DNA of 37,268 bases from Escherichia phage PEC14. Both the position numbers and the translations under genes were made by a program. Below, piece after piece: positions 7,751-16,872 of this stretch. The stretch lies in the sequence record NC_073051.1; one strand, given 5' to 3'. The notes beneath the pieces were generated by a model. The model was not told where the DNA came from, made no database searches, and was given only the letters and a program-made list of their open reading frames with translations. Position 1 is the first letter of the stretch; every line of letters starts with the position of its first letter.

Positions 7751-9271
7751 ATGACCGTTAACGTTGACAACCAGCACCCGCTCTATGCGCGCATCGCGCC
7801 AGAGTGGAAAATGATTCGCGATTGTGTAGCAGGGGAGCGCGCCGTGAAGGCGTGCGGACCATTGTACCTGCCACACCCAGCCAGCGGCGACACCACCGAC
7901 CCGAAATCGCGTGCGCGCTATAAGGCATATAAGCAACGCGCTGTCTTCCTGAATGCCACCGCCCGAACCCTTAACGCGCTGTTAGGCGTAGCCTTCGCCA
8001 AACCGGTGAGTATGGACCTTTCCGGGGCAATGGCGGACCTGATTGATGACGTAGACGGCAGCGGGATGCCCCTGGCGCAACTCCTGCGCGGCGCTATGTC
8101 GGAAGTGCTGCAATCGGGCCGTGCTGGCTTTATGGTGGACTACGACCGCCAGGCTAACTTTGATGAACTGGGTAACGTAGTGCCGCAGACAGCCGCTGAA
8201 ATGGCGACACACCGCCCGCTTATCCGCCTGTATACGGCAGAGCAGATCATCAACTGGCGGCAGACCCACGGTGTCGACACGCTAATCGTGCTGAAGGAAA
8301 CGGACGAAATCAGCACCGAAGACCCGGACGACTTCGCAAACCACGAGGTAACCATCTGGACCGAGCTTCGCATGATTGACGGCAAGGCACATGGTCGACG
8401 CTGGTTTTACAACGCGGACACGTCAGACGTGCAGATGGACTTGCCGCGCGGCTTCACCCGCACCGACTTAGTGCCGCTGGTGGATGCCTCCGGTAATGCG
8501 CTTACTCAACTGCCATTTTGCTGGTGTGGTGCTGTGGACAACAACGCGACGCCGGACGCCGCACCGCTGGCGGATATTGCATCCATCAACATTAAGCACT
8601 ACAACGCCGAAGCAGACGTCGCCGAGATTGCGCACATTGTGGGCCAACCTACACTCATTGCGACCGGTCTGACCCAATCATGGGCCGATAAAAACCTGAA
8701 GGGCGGCATCGCACTGGGCGCGACTAAGGGCGTTATCCTGGGGCAGAACATGGACGCTAAACTTCTTCAGGCGGAGGAGCGCAACTTGTCTGTTGCCCTG
8801 TGTGAGCGTCGAGAATTGCAAATGGCTAAACTGGGCGCTGCCCTGGTTGAGAAAGGGACTGCACCTAAGACGGCAACCGAAGCGGCCTACGATGCGCAGA
8901 CCGATAACAGTATCCTGTCGCTTATTGCCGGTAATGTCGAGAAGGCTTTCAACCGTGCGCTGCAAATTGTCCAGCTATTCACTGGCGACACCGCCGACCA
9001 GCGCGTAACGCTGAACAAGTTCTACACTGAAATCACGGTTGATGCGCAGCTTATGACCGCGATGATGGCAGGTGTGCAGACCGGTACTGTCCGACTGGCG
9101 GATTTCATCAAGTGGATGATGGCCCAGGGCGTTATCGATGACTCGCAAACCGTTGAGCAGGTGGAAGACGAATTGCGAAATCAGAATCCATTGCCTCAAA
9201 TGTCCCCGGATGCGGTAGAATCTGCCGAAGAAGACCCGGACAAGGTAGCGGACAATGGCGAAGACAATTAA
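7751..9271 (+). CDS. portal protein
   Basis: 506 aa gene between terminase and head morphogenesis gene; AAGGAAA SD; acidic C-terminus. Confidence 0.7.
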   Translation: MTVNVDNQHPLYARIAPEWKMIRDCVAGERAVKACGPLYLPHPASGDTTDPKSRARYKAYKQRAVFLNATARTLNALLGVAFAKPVSMDLSGAMADLIDDVDGSGMPLAQLLRGAMSEVLQSGRAGFMVDYDRQANFDELGNVVPQTAAEMATHRPLIRLYTAEQIINWRQTHGVDTLIVLKETDEISTEDPDDFANHEVTIWTELRMIDGKAHGRRWFYNADTSDVQMDLPRGFTRTDLVPLVDASGNALTQLPFCWCGAVDNNATPDAAPLADIASINIKHYNAEADVAEIAHIVGQPTLIATGLTQSWADKNLKGGIALGATKGVILGQNMDAKLLQAEERNLSVALCERRELQMAKLGAALVEKGTAPKTATEAAYDAQTDNSILSLIAGNVEKAFNRALQIVQLFTGDTADQRVTLNKFYTEITVDAQLMTAMMAGVQTGTVRLADFIKWMMAQGVIDDSQTVEQVEDELRNQNPLPQMSPDAVESAEEDPDKVADNGEDN

Positions 9272-10358
9272 TCAATATATGGCGGATCGAATGATTCGCC
9301 GACACATTTTCACCCAGCGCCTGAGTAATGACCAGGCGCGAAGGGTGCTGTCCATGTGGGAGAAGTTCCGGCCTACATTACTGGGGAAGCTGACCGAGTT
9401 GCTTGATGGCAAATCGTCAATGAATAACCGGGCACTTTCCACGCTGTTAACGCAACTCGACAAGACCGTTAAAGCAGAATTGCGCACCGAGTTTAAGGTG
9501 TTGGCTGAAAGCCTTCAGGAGTTTGCCGACACGGAGGCTGATTATCTCGCCGACACATTAACGGCAGCGATCCAGCCGGTGGTCGCCGTACCTGCGGTCG
9601 AGGTGGTTGGCGTAGTGACCGGTGCGCAGATCGCAGCGACGGCTATGAAAAACCCGTTCCAGGGAAATACCATGATGCAATGGCCTGATTCATTGTCTGA
9701 GTGGACCAGGACGCAGATCGGGAATCAGGTGCGCGCTGGATTCATCCAGGGCAAGCCAACTATGGAAATTATAGCGGACGTGAGGCGCGCGCTCGGCGGT
9801 CGTAGTGCGCAAGCCATCTCGAGCGTTGTTAAGTCCGCAGTCAACCACTATGCGGCGACAGCCCGCGAACTAATGGTAAAAGCAAATGACGATATTCTCG
9901 AAGGTCGCCAATGGTTATCTACATTGGACACGCATACTTCTCCCATGTGCCAGCTACGCGATCGCCTGTTTTATCCGGTTGATGTTACTCCCGACACCAA
10001 AGGAAAGCGCGGCGGGAAAGTGGTGGCTGGGTCACAATATGGCGCTGGTCCGGGCAAGTTGCATTATTGTTGCCGGTCGACGGAGACGTGGAAGGTTAAA
10101 GGCATGGAAGATTGGCCCAGTGGTAAGCGTCCGGCCCTGAAGGCTGATGCGGGTCGATTGCTGAGTGAGCAGGTCGACGCGCAGACTGATTTCTTCTCAT
10201 GGGTGCAGCGCCAGCCGCGCCATATCCTGGAAGAATTATACGGAGTGCAACGCGCCGACCAGATTATGCGCGGCGTGAAAGTGCCGAAGATGTTCACCGA
10301 TTCAGGCGAACTAATGACTATCGCACAGCTTAAAAACCGGGGGTTATGGCGTGATTAA
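9255..10358 (+). CDS. head morphogenesis protein (Mu F-like minor head protein)
   Basis: Position after portal; Mu F-like region with conserved Cys (LDTHTSPMCQLRDRLF). Confidence 0.65.
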   Translation: MAKTINQYMADRMIRRHIFTQRLSNDQARRVLSMWEKFRPTLLGKLTELLDGKSSMNNRALSTLLTQLDKTVKAELRTEFKVLAESLQEFADTEADYLADTLTAAIQPVVAVPAVEVVGVVTGAQIAATAMKNPFQGNTMMQWPDSLSEWTRTQIGNQVRAGFIQGKPTMEIIADVRRALGGRSAQAISSVVKSAVNHYAATARELMVKANDDILEGRQWLSTLDTHTSPMCQLRDRLFYPVDVTPDTKGKRGGKVVAGSQYGAGPGKLHYCCRSTETWKVKGMEDWPSGKRPALKADAGRLLSEQVDAQTDFFSWVQRQPRHILEELYGVQRADQIMRGVKVPKMFTDSGELMTIAQLKNRGLWRD

Positions 10359-10680
10359 ATATGCAGCGATTGGACTGATTATCGGTCTGGCGGTAGGATT
10401 CTGGCTAGGTGACTCCTATCGTGCTGGCGTAGTGGCGGAGGCGGCGCAAGAAGCGCAAGCCCAAGCCCAACGGCAGCAAACTAAAGTCGTTGAGCGCTCC
10501 GTGCAGGCCGAACAAGCCCGCGACGTAGAATACCGGACTATCACGAAAGAGGTTGTTAAATATGTTACGCGCCCTAACCGCCCTGATTGTAGTTTTGATG
10601 TTGAGCGCGTGCGGATCAAGCAACGTGCCGTTGATGCCGCTAACGGAGTCGGCACTGCGACCGCCGTGCAAGTTCGATAG
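10351..10680 (+). CDS. i-spanin (Rz-like)
   Basis: N-terminal TM helix then charged Q/A/E-rich coiled-coil-like region; contains the embedded lipoprotein gene in another frame. Confidence 0.55.
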   Translation: MIKYAAIGLIIGLAVGFWLGDSYRAGVVAEAAQEAQAQAQRQQTKVVERSVQAEQARDVEYRTITKEVVKYVTRPNRPDCSFDVERVRIKQRAVDAANGVGTATAVQVR

Positions 10681-10792
10681 CCCGTCCGCAGACCCCGACG
10701 AGGATTTGATGATTGACGTGAAAAATATGGAATGCGGGGCGAAGCTAAGGGCGCAGGTGCTGGAGTTGCAGCAAATAATTAAGGGGCCGTAA
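10562..10792 (+). CDS. o-spanin lipoprotein (Rz1-like), overlapping i-spanin
   Basis: Signal peptide with lipobox LMLSAC; starts inside the 3' part of the Rz-like gene and extends past it. Confidence 0.55.
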   Translation: MLRALTALIVVLMLSACGSSNVPLMPLTESALRPPCKFDSPSADPDEDLMIDVKNMECGAKLRAQVLELQQIIKGP

Positions 10793-10806
10793 TGGCCCCT
10801 TTTTCG
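10782..10806. terminator. bidirectional terminator between convergent genes
   Basis: aggggccgtaatggcccct followed by ttttt; minus-strand gene ends at 10807. Confidence 0.65.
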
Positions 10807-11571
10807 TTAGCGCGGAATGCCGCAAATCTCGTTGAGTGTTTTCACATCCAGCGCCACCGCCGTGGATTTTGGCTTGTCCGGGTATGGGATGAATTGCTCA
10901 ACTTCAGGCCATGCCTTAATCAGCTTCTTGTCAGTATTGTGCAGGTCCAGTACACCGGTAACGGTGAGTTTGAACGCATCATACTTCGCGCGCAACTCGC
11001 GACGGGCCTTGTCGTTGCGGTCCAGGCGCTTACAGAAATCATGATCCGCCGGGAAATCTGCACGGCAGCGTGGCTTATAGATCGGCAGCGCTTTCCCGTC
11101 CTCGTCCACTTCACACACTGAAGCCAGCATAACTTCTTCAAACCCCGGTACGATATCGCCGAGATCGGGAGATAGCTTATTCATGTATTTATATTCCCAG
11201 TATCCGCGATGTACGCGGTATTGGTGGCCGTCACCGCTCAAGGATAAGGTGCGAACATTTCCGCCTGCGTTGATTTCGAAAGTGGCGTCGTAAACGCTGC
11301 CGATACCTTTCGGGCGGTCGGTGTTATAACTATATGTCGCCTTGTTGGTGTAGACGCAGACGCCGTACATCTGCGACGGGTCATCGCTGATTGCCTCGAT
11401 ACGCTCGCGTAGCGCGGAGAATGTGCGAATGCCGTCCGGCATACAGTCCAGCGTGATTGCGTACGCCAGATCGCGTGAGTCCATCATGATTGTTTTGGCT
11501 TCGGTAGCGATTTCGTGGTCGCGCAGGATGTTAGCCAGGATCTGATTTTTAATATCTTTCGTCAGTCTCAT
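10807..11571 (-). CDS. hypothetical protein (254 aa), minus-strand insertion in head module
   Basis: ATG with GAGGA SD 8 nt upstream; no motif recognised. Confidence 0.6.
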   Translation of the reverse strand: MRLTKDIKNQILANILRDHEIATEAKTIMMDSRDLAYAITLDCMPDGIRTFSALRERIEAISDDPSQMYGVCVYTNKATYSYNTDRPKGIGSVYDATFEINAGGNVRTLSLSGDGHQYRVHRGYWEYKYMNKLSPDLGDIVPGFEEVMLASVCEVDEDGKALPIYKPRCRADFPADHDFCKRLDRNDKARRELRAKYDAFKLTVTGVLDLHNTDKKLIKAWPEVEQFIPYPDKPKSTAVALDVKTLNEICGIPR

Positions 11572-11609
11572 TTTTGTGTCCTCATGTTGGGGCTTTCGCC
11601 CCGTTTGGT

Positions 11610-11924
11610 TTAGTTAAATTTGATGTTGCCACCGGTGGAAGTTAAGCGGGCACATACAGCTTCAACGGCATCAACGCACATGAAATCGTTAAAGGCTTCG
11701 ACCAGGGCGTTTATGAAAGATGCCGGAACCAGGCCGCAAGCCGGATTATCGAATGCCGCGGAGTTGATCGCCGCTTTTGCCGCTTCAGAAGCATTCATGC
11801 TCTGGCACAGATTCAGCGCTTCCGCGTTACGCATTGCGTGAAAGGTAAAGGTATTCGCTACGGTAGCTTTATTGAAACGGGCCATTGCGGCGTCTACTGG
11901 AGTTGCTACGGTCATGTTAGTCAT
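11610..11924 (-). CDS. hypothetical Ala-rich protein (104 aa)
   Basis: Start chosen at ATG 11924 (MTNMTVAT) with AGGAAG SD; co-oriented with 10807..11571. Confidence 0.45.
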   Translation of the reverse strand: MTNMTVATPVDAAMARFNKATVANTFTFHAMRNAEALNLCQSMNASEAAKAAINSAAFDNPACGLVPASFINALVEAFNDFMCVDAVEAVCARLTSTGGNIKFN

Positions 11925-11953
11925 TTTGTCTTCCTTCATATCTCTGTTGGTGT

Positions 11954-11989
11954 GCAACCAATATACTGCAACCAACATTCACAATGCAA
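11954..11989 (-). promoter_or_regulatory. candidate promoter for minus-strand cassette: two ATTGGTTGC-type motifs plus TTGCAT-N18-TATATT
   Basis: Motifs read on minus strand, oriented toward the start at 11924. Confidence 0.4.
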
Positions 11990-12078
11990 GCGAATTTTGC
12001 GATTATTTTTATCGCTGATAATATTAAGGCGTGAAGTCAAGCGGGTGGCCCGCTTTGCCACAATCCCAGGGGGATAGC

Positions 12079-12783
12079 ATGAAACTTACTAAAGCAGAAT
12101 ATGACGCGTTGCCCGAGGGCATGAAGGCTTTATTTGTTGCCGATGGTGATGGGTATAAATCCACGTTCATGACCGCCGAAGAAGTACAGGCGGAGATCAA
12201 GGGTCTGAAAGACAACAACGCGAAGCTGGTTAGCGAGAAGAAAGCAGAAGCCGAACGTCGCGCCGAAGCCGAGCGCCTTGCGAAAGAGAAAGAGGAAGCC
12301 GCCGCGCGCAAAAATGGCGACCTCGAAGCGATCGATAAGTCCTGGAAAGATAAGTTCGCAAAACATGAAGCGGACACATCTGGGAAGATCGAAGCCTACC
12401 GCAAGCAGATCCACGACCTAACCATCGGCAGCGCTGCCAAAGATTTGGCCTCGAAGCTGTTCGGTAAGAATGCAGGCATCATGCAACGCCACGTTATGGA
12501 CCGCCTCACGCTGGAAGACGGCGAAGACGGCAGCCTGAAGGTGCGGGTGTTGAAGGACGGCAAACCATCCGCGCTGACTATGGAAGAACTGGAGAAAGAA
12601 TTCCGTAGTAACGCCGATTTTGCATCCGTCCTGGCTGGCACGCCAGCCGGTGGTGCGCCGAGCAAACCGACGCAGGTCGTAGAAGATGTGAAGTCGAAAA
12701 TCACTATGGGCCACAGCTTCGGTATCGCTGACTTGACGAAACAGGCAGGGGATATCATCGCTAAAATGGGCGACGACGAGTAA
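12079..12783 (+). CDS. scaffolding protein
   Basis: Highly charged, coiled-coil-like (AEAERRAEAERLAKEKEEAAARK); immediately upstream of the capsid gene; AGGGGGA SD. Confidence 0.6.
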   Translation: MKLTKAEYDALPEGMKALFVADGDGYKSTFMTAEEVQAEIKGLKDNNAKLVSEKKAEAERRAEAERLAKEKEEAAARKNGDLEAIDKSWKDKFAKHEADTSGKIEAYRKQIHDLTIGSAAKDLASKLFGKNAGIMQRHVMDRLTLEDGEDGSLKVRVLKDGKPSALTMEELEKEFRSNADFASVLAGTPAGGAPSKPTQVVEDVKSKITMGHSFGIADLTKQAGDIIAKMGDDE

Positions 12784-12787
12784 GCAG

Positions 12788-12815
12788 ATCGCCCGCGAAA
12801 GCGGGCGATTTTGCG
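12788..12815 (+). terminator. hairpin/attenuator between scaffold and capsid genes
   Basis: atcgcccgcgaaagcgggcgat followed by tttgcg. Confidence 0.45.
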
Positions 12816-12880
12816 AGCGCGTAAATCTAAGGTAACATTAACGACACTGAGCGAATGCTCATAACTCAAAGGATTCTAAT

Positions 12881-13981
12881 ATGTCTTTAACAGTGTTCCA
12901 GCGTAAACTCGTCACCGCGGTTACGCAAATGATTCCCGATAACCTGAACGTGTTCAACGCTGCCGCTAACGGCGCTGTTGTTCTCGGCACGGGTGAAGTG
13001 CTGAAGGACGTTGTAGAAAAAATGTCCGTAGGCTTGATCGCCAACCTCGTTACCGACCGTAACGCCTACGCCCCTGTCGGTACTCCGGCGACCGCAAAAG
13101 TGCTGGCGCGTATGCTGACCAACTCGGTTAACCTTTCCGCGAAAGTTGGTCCGGTAGCAATCACTAAGGCCATGATGGCTAAGATCGAAACCAACGTTAA
13201 CAGCGTTGCGGCTGAGATTGCGGCGCAGGCTACCCAAGCGATTATGCTGCACTACCTGAAAGCGGGTATCGGCGCAAGTAAAGCGGCTATTGAAAGCAAC
13301 GCAGCGGCAAAATACACCCAACCGGCGCGCGTTGACGGCGTGGGTGGTCGTACCTTCCCGACCCTGGCAGACTTTCCGCTGGCGGCTTCCAAGTTCGGCG
13401 ATCAGGCGTCTTTGATTAAATCCTGGTTTATGGACGGCGTTACCTGGGCGAATTTCATTGCATACCAGGCGCTCCCATCTGCCGAGCAGGTATTCGCGAT
13501 CGGCGATCTGCAGGTAATGGGCGATGGCCTGGGCCGCCGTTTCATTATCTCCGATGCCGCTGCCGATGCAATGGGCGCGGGTAAAATGCTGGGCCTGGTG
13601 CCTGGCGCGGTTGCAGTTACCACCAACGGCCTCGATATGCTGGCGCAAGAAAAAGGCGGTAACGAGAACATTGAACGCTGGTGGCAGGGCGAGTTCGACT
13701 TCAACGTGGCTGTTAAAGGCTATCGTCTGAAGGCGTCCGCTCGTACTCCGATCGAAGGTGTTCGCTCGTTCAAACTGGACGATATTACCACTTCCGCTAA
13801 CTGGGAACTGGATCAGGGCCAGGTAGACAACGCACCGGCAACCGTTCAGGATGTTGGCGCTGTTGGTGACGGCGATACTAAAGGCCGTCGTAAGACCCAG
13901 GCCGCACAGGCAGTGCCGACCCGTCACATCAAGGAAACGGCGGGCGTACTGGTTACGCTGACTGCGACCACAGCGTCCTAA
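12881..13981 (+). CDS. major capsid protein
   Basis: 366 aa; AAAGGA SD; directly after scaffold and followed by a strong terminator. Confidence 0.7.
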   Translation: MSLTVFQRKLVTAVTQMIPDNLNVFNAAANGAVVLGTGEVLKDVVEKMSVGLIANLVTDRNAYAPVGTPATAKVLARMLTNSVNLSAKVGPVAITKAMMAKIETNVNSVAAEIAAQATQAIMLHYLKAGIGASKAAIESNAAAKYTQPARVDGVGGRTFPTLADFPLAASKFGDQASLIKSWFMDGVTWANFIAYQALPSAEQVFAIGDLQVMGDGLGRRFIISDAAADAMGAGKMLGLVPGAVAVTTNGLDMLAQEKGGNENIERWWQGEFDFNVAVKGYRLKASARTPIEGVRSFKLDDITTSANWELDQGQVDNAPATVQDVGAVGDGDTKGRRKTQAAQAVPTRHIKETAGVLVTLTATTAS

Positions 13982-14000
13982 CAGGCGCACATCCCAAAGG

Positions 14001-14024
14001 GGCGGGCTTATGCCCGCCTTTTTT
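14001..14024 (+). terminator. rho-independent terminator after capsid gene
   Basis: ggcgggcttatgcccgcc followed by tttttt. Confidence 0.7.
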
Positions 14025-14039
14025 ACAGGAGTGAATAAA

Positions 14040-14540
14040 ATGTATGGCGACCCACAAACCTTTATTGATTATGCCGCCGCGCGAGGTGTTGAAGTCACGC
14101 TGATCGATGCAACGCGACACCTTACCGTCGTTAATGACTTCCTTAACGGCATCAACTGGATCGGAGAACCAGCGGACCAGACAGGCATCGACGCATGGCC
14201 CCGCATCAATTACCCATCTGACGGTAAGCCGGTGCAAAACACGCTTACTGAAGATTTGGCAGTAGTTCCAGCGGGGCAAATAGTAGACTTCGCATCAATC
14301 CCCGTTGCCGTTGAGCAAGCCGTTTACCGGTTGGCGATGTTGGTGGCGGACGAGGTCGATATTTCTCCGGTTGGCAGAGGTAAGGAGACTATCCGCGAAA
14401 CTGTTGGCCCGATCACGATGGAATATGACCCTGCGACGATTGGTAGCGGTGTTTCGTTCCCGTGGTGGGATGGCTTGCTGGGACACTGGATTGACACAGA
14501 CGGCAACGCAGCGGGTAATTTTGACGTATTCCGGGGGTGA
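14040..14540 (+). CDS. putative head-tail connector/head completion protein (166 aa)
   Basis: Position only; start moved to ATG 14040 because the track start lies inside the terminator hairpin. Confidence 0.45.
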   Translation: MYGDPQTFIDYAAARGVEVTLIDATRHLTVVNDFLNGINWIGEPADQTGIDAWPRINYPSDGKPVQNTLTEDLAVVPAGQIVDFASIPVAVEQAVYRLAMLVADEVDISPVGRGKETIRETVGPITMEYDPATIGSGVSFPWWDGLLGHWIDTDGNAAGNFDVFRG

Positions 14541-14541
14541 T

Positions 14542-14658
14542 ATGAATCCTGCATTACTGGCGGCTATTATCGCCGCAAATACTAAACGCCAACCAGAACC
14601 GGAACCAGCGCCAGAACCGGAACCACCGGTACAGGAGGATGATAATGGCGGGCTTTAA
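14542..14658 (+). CDS. possible 38-aa peptide with PEPEPAPEPEP low-complexity tract
   Basis: ATG overlapping upstream TGA; fills a 104-bp gap in an otherwise dense operon. Confidence 0.2.
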   Translation: MNPALLAAIIAANTKRQPEPEPAPEPEPPVQEDDNGGL

Positions 14659-14998
14659 TTACGCTGGCTTGAAGCGGAAAGTCAATCCGCTGATTAAAAA
14701 GTTCGGAATGACGGCTACGGTGACGCGTCCTGGTACAGTCGACCGCGTAGACGGCGACGAAGTTGTCATCCCTCCGACCTCGTTTGACGTCATCGGACTT
14801 CGCGAGGAATACAAGCCAAGCGAGATCGACGGGACGCGTATCGTTGCCGGGGATGTGAAGTTTTTGTGCCAGGCAGTAAAGCCGGTGCAGGTCGGGGATT
14901 TGGTTAGCCTGAACAATACAGACTACAGGGTCATCAATCCAAACCCACTGCAACCGGCTGGAACAACCATGCTGTTTCAACTACAGCTAAGGGGTTAA
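14645..14998 (+). CDS. putative head-tail joining protein (117 aa)
   Basis: GGAGGA SD 6 nt before ATG 14645; position between capsid and tail genes. Confidence 0.45.
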   Translation: MAGFNYAGLKRKVNPLIKKFGMTATVTRPGTVDRVDGDEVVIPPTSFDVIGLREEYKPSEIDGTRIVAGDVKFLCQAVKPVQVGDLVSLNNTDYRVINPNPLQPAGTTMLFQLQLRG

Positions 14999-14999
14999 C

Positions 15000-15593
15000 G
15001 TGGCTGAGGTCTACTCATTCGCCACCACTATTGCAACGTGGGTGGATAAGACGAAGGAGAACAACGACAAGGCGGTGCGTGCGTACGGTATGCAAATACT
15101 TGGACGCCTGATCGAGATCTCCCCGGTGGGCGACCCCCGCCGGTGGAAAATTAACAGGGCTTACGCGCTGGCCCGCCAGCACGCGAACAAGGTGAACGCC
15201 GCACAGCGTCGCAAGAATGGTGGCAAACTGAAGCGCGGGCAGAAGAAGCACGCCAGCGTGCTGGTATCATTCAAGACTAAAAACGGCAACGTCACGTTCC
15301 GCCAGCGTGGCTGGGCCGCGAAGAATTACACCGGCGGACGCTTCCGTGGAAACTGGCAGGTGACGTTCGACCGCCCGGCTGTCGGAGCTATTGATCGCGT
15401 GGATAAGGCAGGAACGGCAACATTAGCAGCGGGGCGTGAAGTGCTGGCGCACTACGATTCGAGTGAATACGGGTCTATCTGGTTTACTAACAACGTGCCG
15501 TACGCGCAGCGCCTGGAGTATGGCTGGAGTAAACAAGCGCCCGCTGGGATTGTTCGCGTAGTAGCGGCAGAAATTAATTCGAAGGTGAAATAA
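15000..15593 (+). CDS. putative neck/tail completion protein (197 aa)
   Basis: GTG start with AAGGGG SD; position in connector region. Confidence 0.45.
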   Translation: MAEVYSFATTIATWVDKTKENNDKAVRAYGMQILGRLIEISPVGDPRRWKINRAYALARQHANKVNAAQRRKNGGKLKRGQKKHASVLVSFKTKNGNVTFRQRGWAAKNYTGGRFRGNWQVTFDRPAVGAIDRVDKAGTATLAAGREVLAHYDSSEYGSIWFTNNVPYAQRLEYGWSKQAPAGIVRVVAAEINSKVK

Positions 15594-16015
15594 TGAGCAA
15601 TACTCTAATACGCAAGGCGCTTAACCGCGTGGTGGAAGATTTATCAGTAAGCCTGAGCACCATCCAGCGACCGATCCTTGTTAACTGGGAGAACGTGCAA
15701 GGGGACCACGCAAACGGTAGTGGTGTCTACCTAGAGCCGTACCTACTACCGGCACCGACCCAGTTTGTGGGCTTCCAGCAAAAGGGGCGAATCTATGCTG
15801 GCGTTTATCAGGTTGCCGTGGTGTTCCCCGCGGGTACGGGCACACAGTACGCGAGCGAACTGGCGGACGCCATCGCTACGTCGGATAAGTGGCTGGCGGT
15901 AAAGATTTCCGGCGCTGCATTCCAGCTTCAGGACGCGCCATACACCAGTTCAGTGGTTGAGGACGTTGACCGCGCCCGCATCGTGGTTACAGTCCCCTAC
16001 ACATGTTGCGCCTGA
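15593..16015 (+). CDS. putative tail terminator protein (140 aa)
   Basis: TAATG overlap with upstream gene; immediately precedes major tail gene. Confidence 0.45.
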   Translation: MSNTLIRKALNRVVEDLSVSLSTIQRPILVNWENVQGDHANGSGVYLEPYLLPAPTQFVGFQQKGRIYAGVYQVAVVFPAGTGTQYASELADAIATSDKWLAVKISGAAFQLQDAPYTSSVVEDVDRARIVVTVPYTCCA

Positions 16016-16076
16016 TTTGGCACTATTCTGCGCGTGCTGTATCATTGAACCGTATATCTAAACAGGAGCGTTCATT

Positions 16077-16802
16077 ATGGGTTATCAACTTCCTAACGGG
16101 TCTAGCGTCCAGATTGGGTCCGTACTGGGCAACGGTATCGCTGTTACGGCAGCTACCAACGCCGCCGCGTCGATCTCTGATCTTACGAAAGGGTGCATTA
16201 TCACCTGCGCGGCTTCTCATGGCTTGAGAGTTGGTGACGTGGTTATGTTCACTAAAACCCCATGGGTCCGTGCGCTGAACCGCGCGTTCATCGTTGGTAA
16301 AGTGGCGACTAACGACGTTACGCTGGCGCGCTTCGACACCTCGGACGTCACCAAATATCCTGCCGGTGCTTTTGGGGCGGGAACCCCAGGCGAAGTGGTG
16401 AAAGTGTCGAATTTTATCGACTTCCCGTATATCACTAACGTTGCCGTGTCGGGTGGCGACCAGCAGACCACCACCTTCCAGCCGTTGCAGGTGAATACCG
16501 CGATCAGTCTGAACACCACGAAAAACCCGTTGGTCCAGACCTACACTTTCACCCACGACGAAGAAGACCCGATCCGCCCGATTCTGGAAGACCTGGACGA
16601 CACACAGAAAACCACTGTGATTAAGTTCACCAACCCGGCAGCGGCAAGCGGCAAAGGTGAGATCCGCATTTACCCGGCTAAGGTGTCTTTCCAGAAGATT
16701 CCATCGGCTGAGGTAAACAACGTGGAGACGGTGGAGTCCACCCTCACTATGCAGTCCGATATGGTTATTTACCGTAAGGACCTGGTTGAAGCGCTGTCGT
16801 AA
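16077..16802 (+). CDS. major tail (tube) protein
   Basis: AGGAG SD; 241 aa; followed by strong terminator and then the chaperone gene. Confidence 0.65.
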   Translation: MGYQLPNGSSVQIGSVLGNGIAVTAATNAAASISDLTKGCIITCAASHGLRVGDVVMFTKTPWVRALNRAFIVGKVATNDVTLARFDTSDVTKYPAGAFGAGTPGEVVKVSNFIDFPYITNVAVSGGDQQTTTFQPLQVNTAISLNTTKNPLVQTYTFTHDEEDPIRPILEDLDDTQKTTVIKFTNPAAASGKGEIRIYPAKVSFQKIPSAEVNNVETVESTLTMQSDMVIYRKDLVEALS

Positions 16803-16832
16803 TTTGGTCGCTTAAATAGCGGGTGATAATAT

Positions 16833-16857
16833 GGGGCCAGTACGGCCCTTTTTTTTA
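16833..16857 (+). terminator. rho-independent terminator (hairpin + T8)
   Basis: ggggccagtacggccc followed by tttttttt. Confidence 0.7.
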
Positions 16858-16872
16858 TTGGAGAATACGACA

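Noticed and set aside
12887-13990. 367-aa ORF on the minus strand exactly antisense to the major capsid gene
   Set aside because: Begins and ends with the capsid gene and has no ribosome-binding site; the plus-strand gene has a strong SD and fits the operon. Interpreted as a chance antisense open frame.
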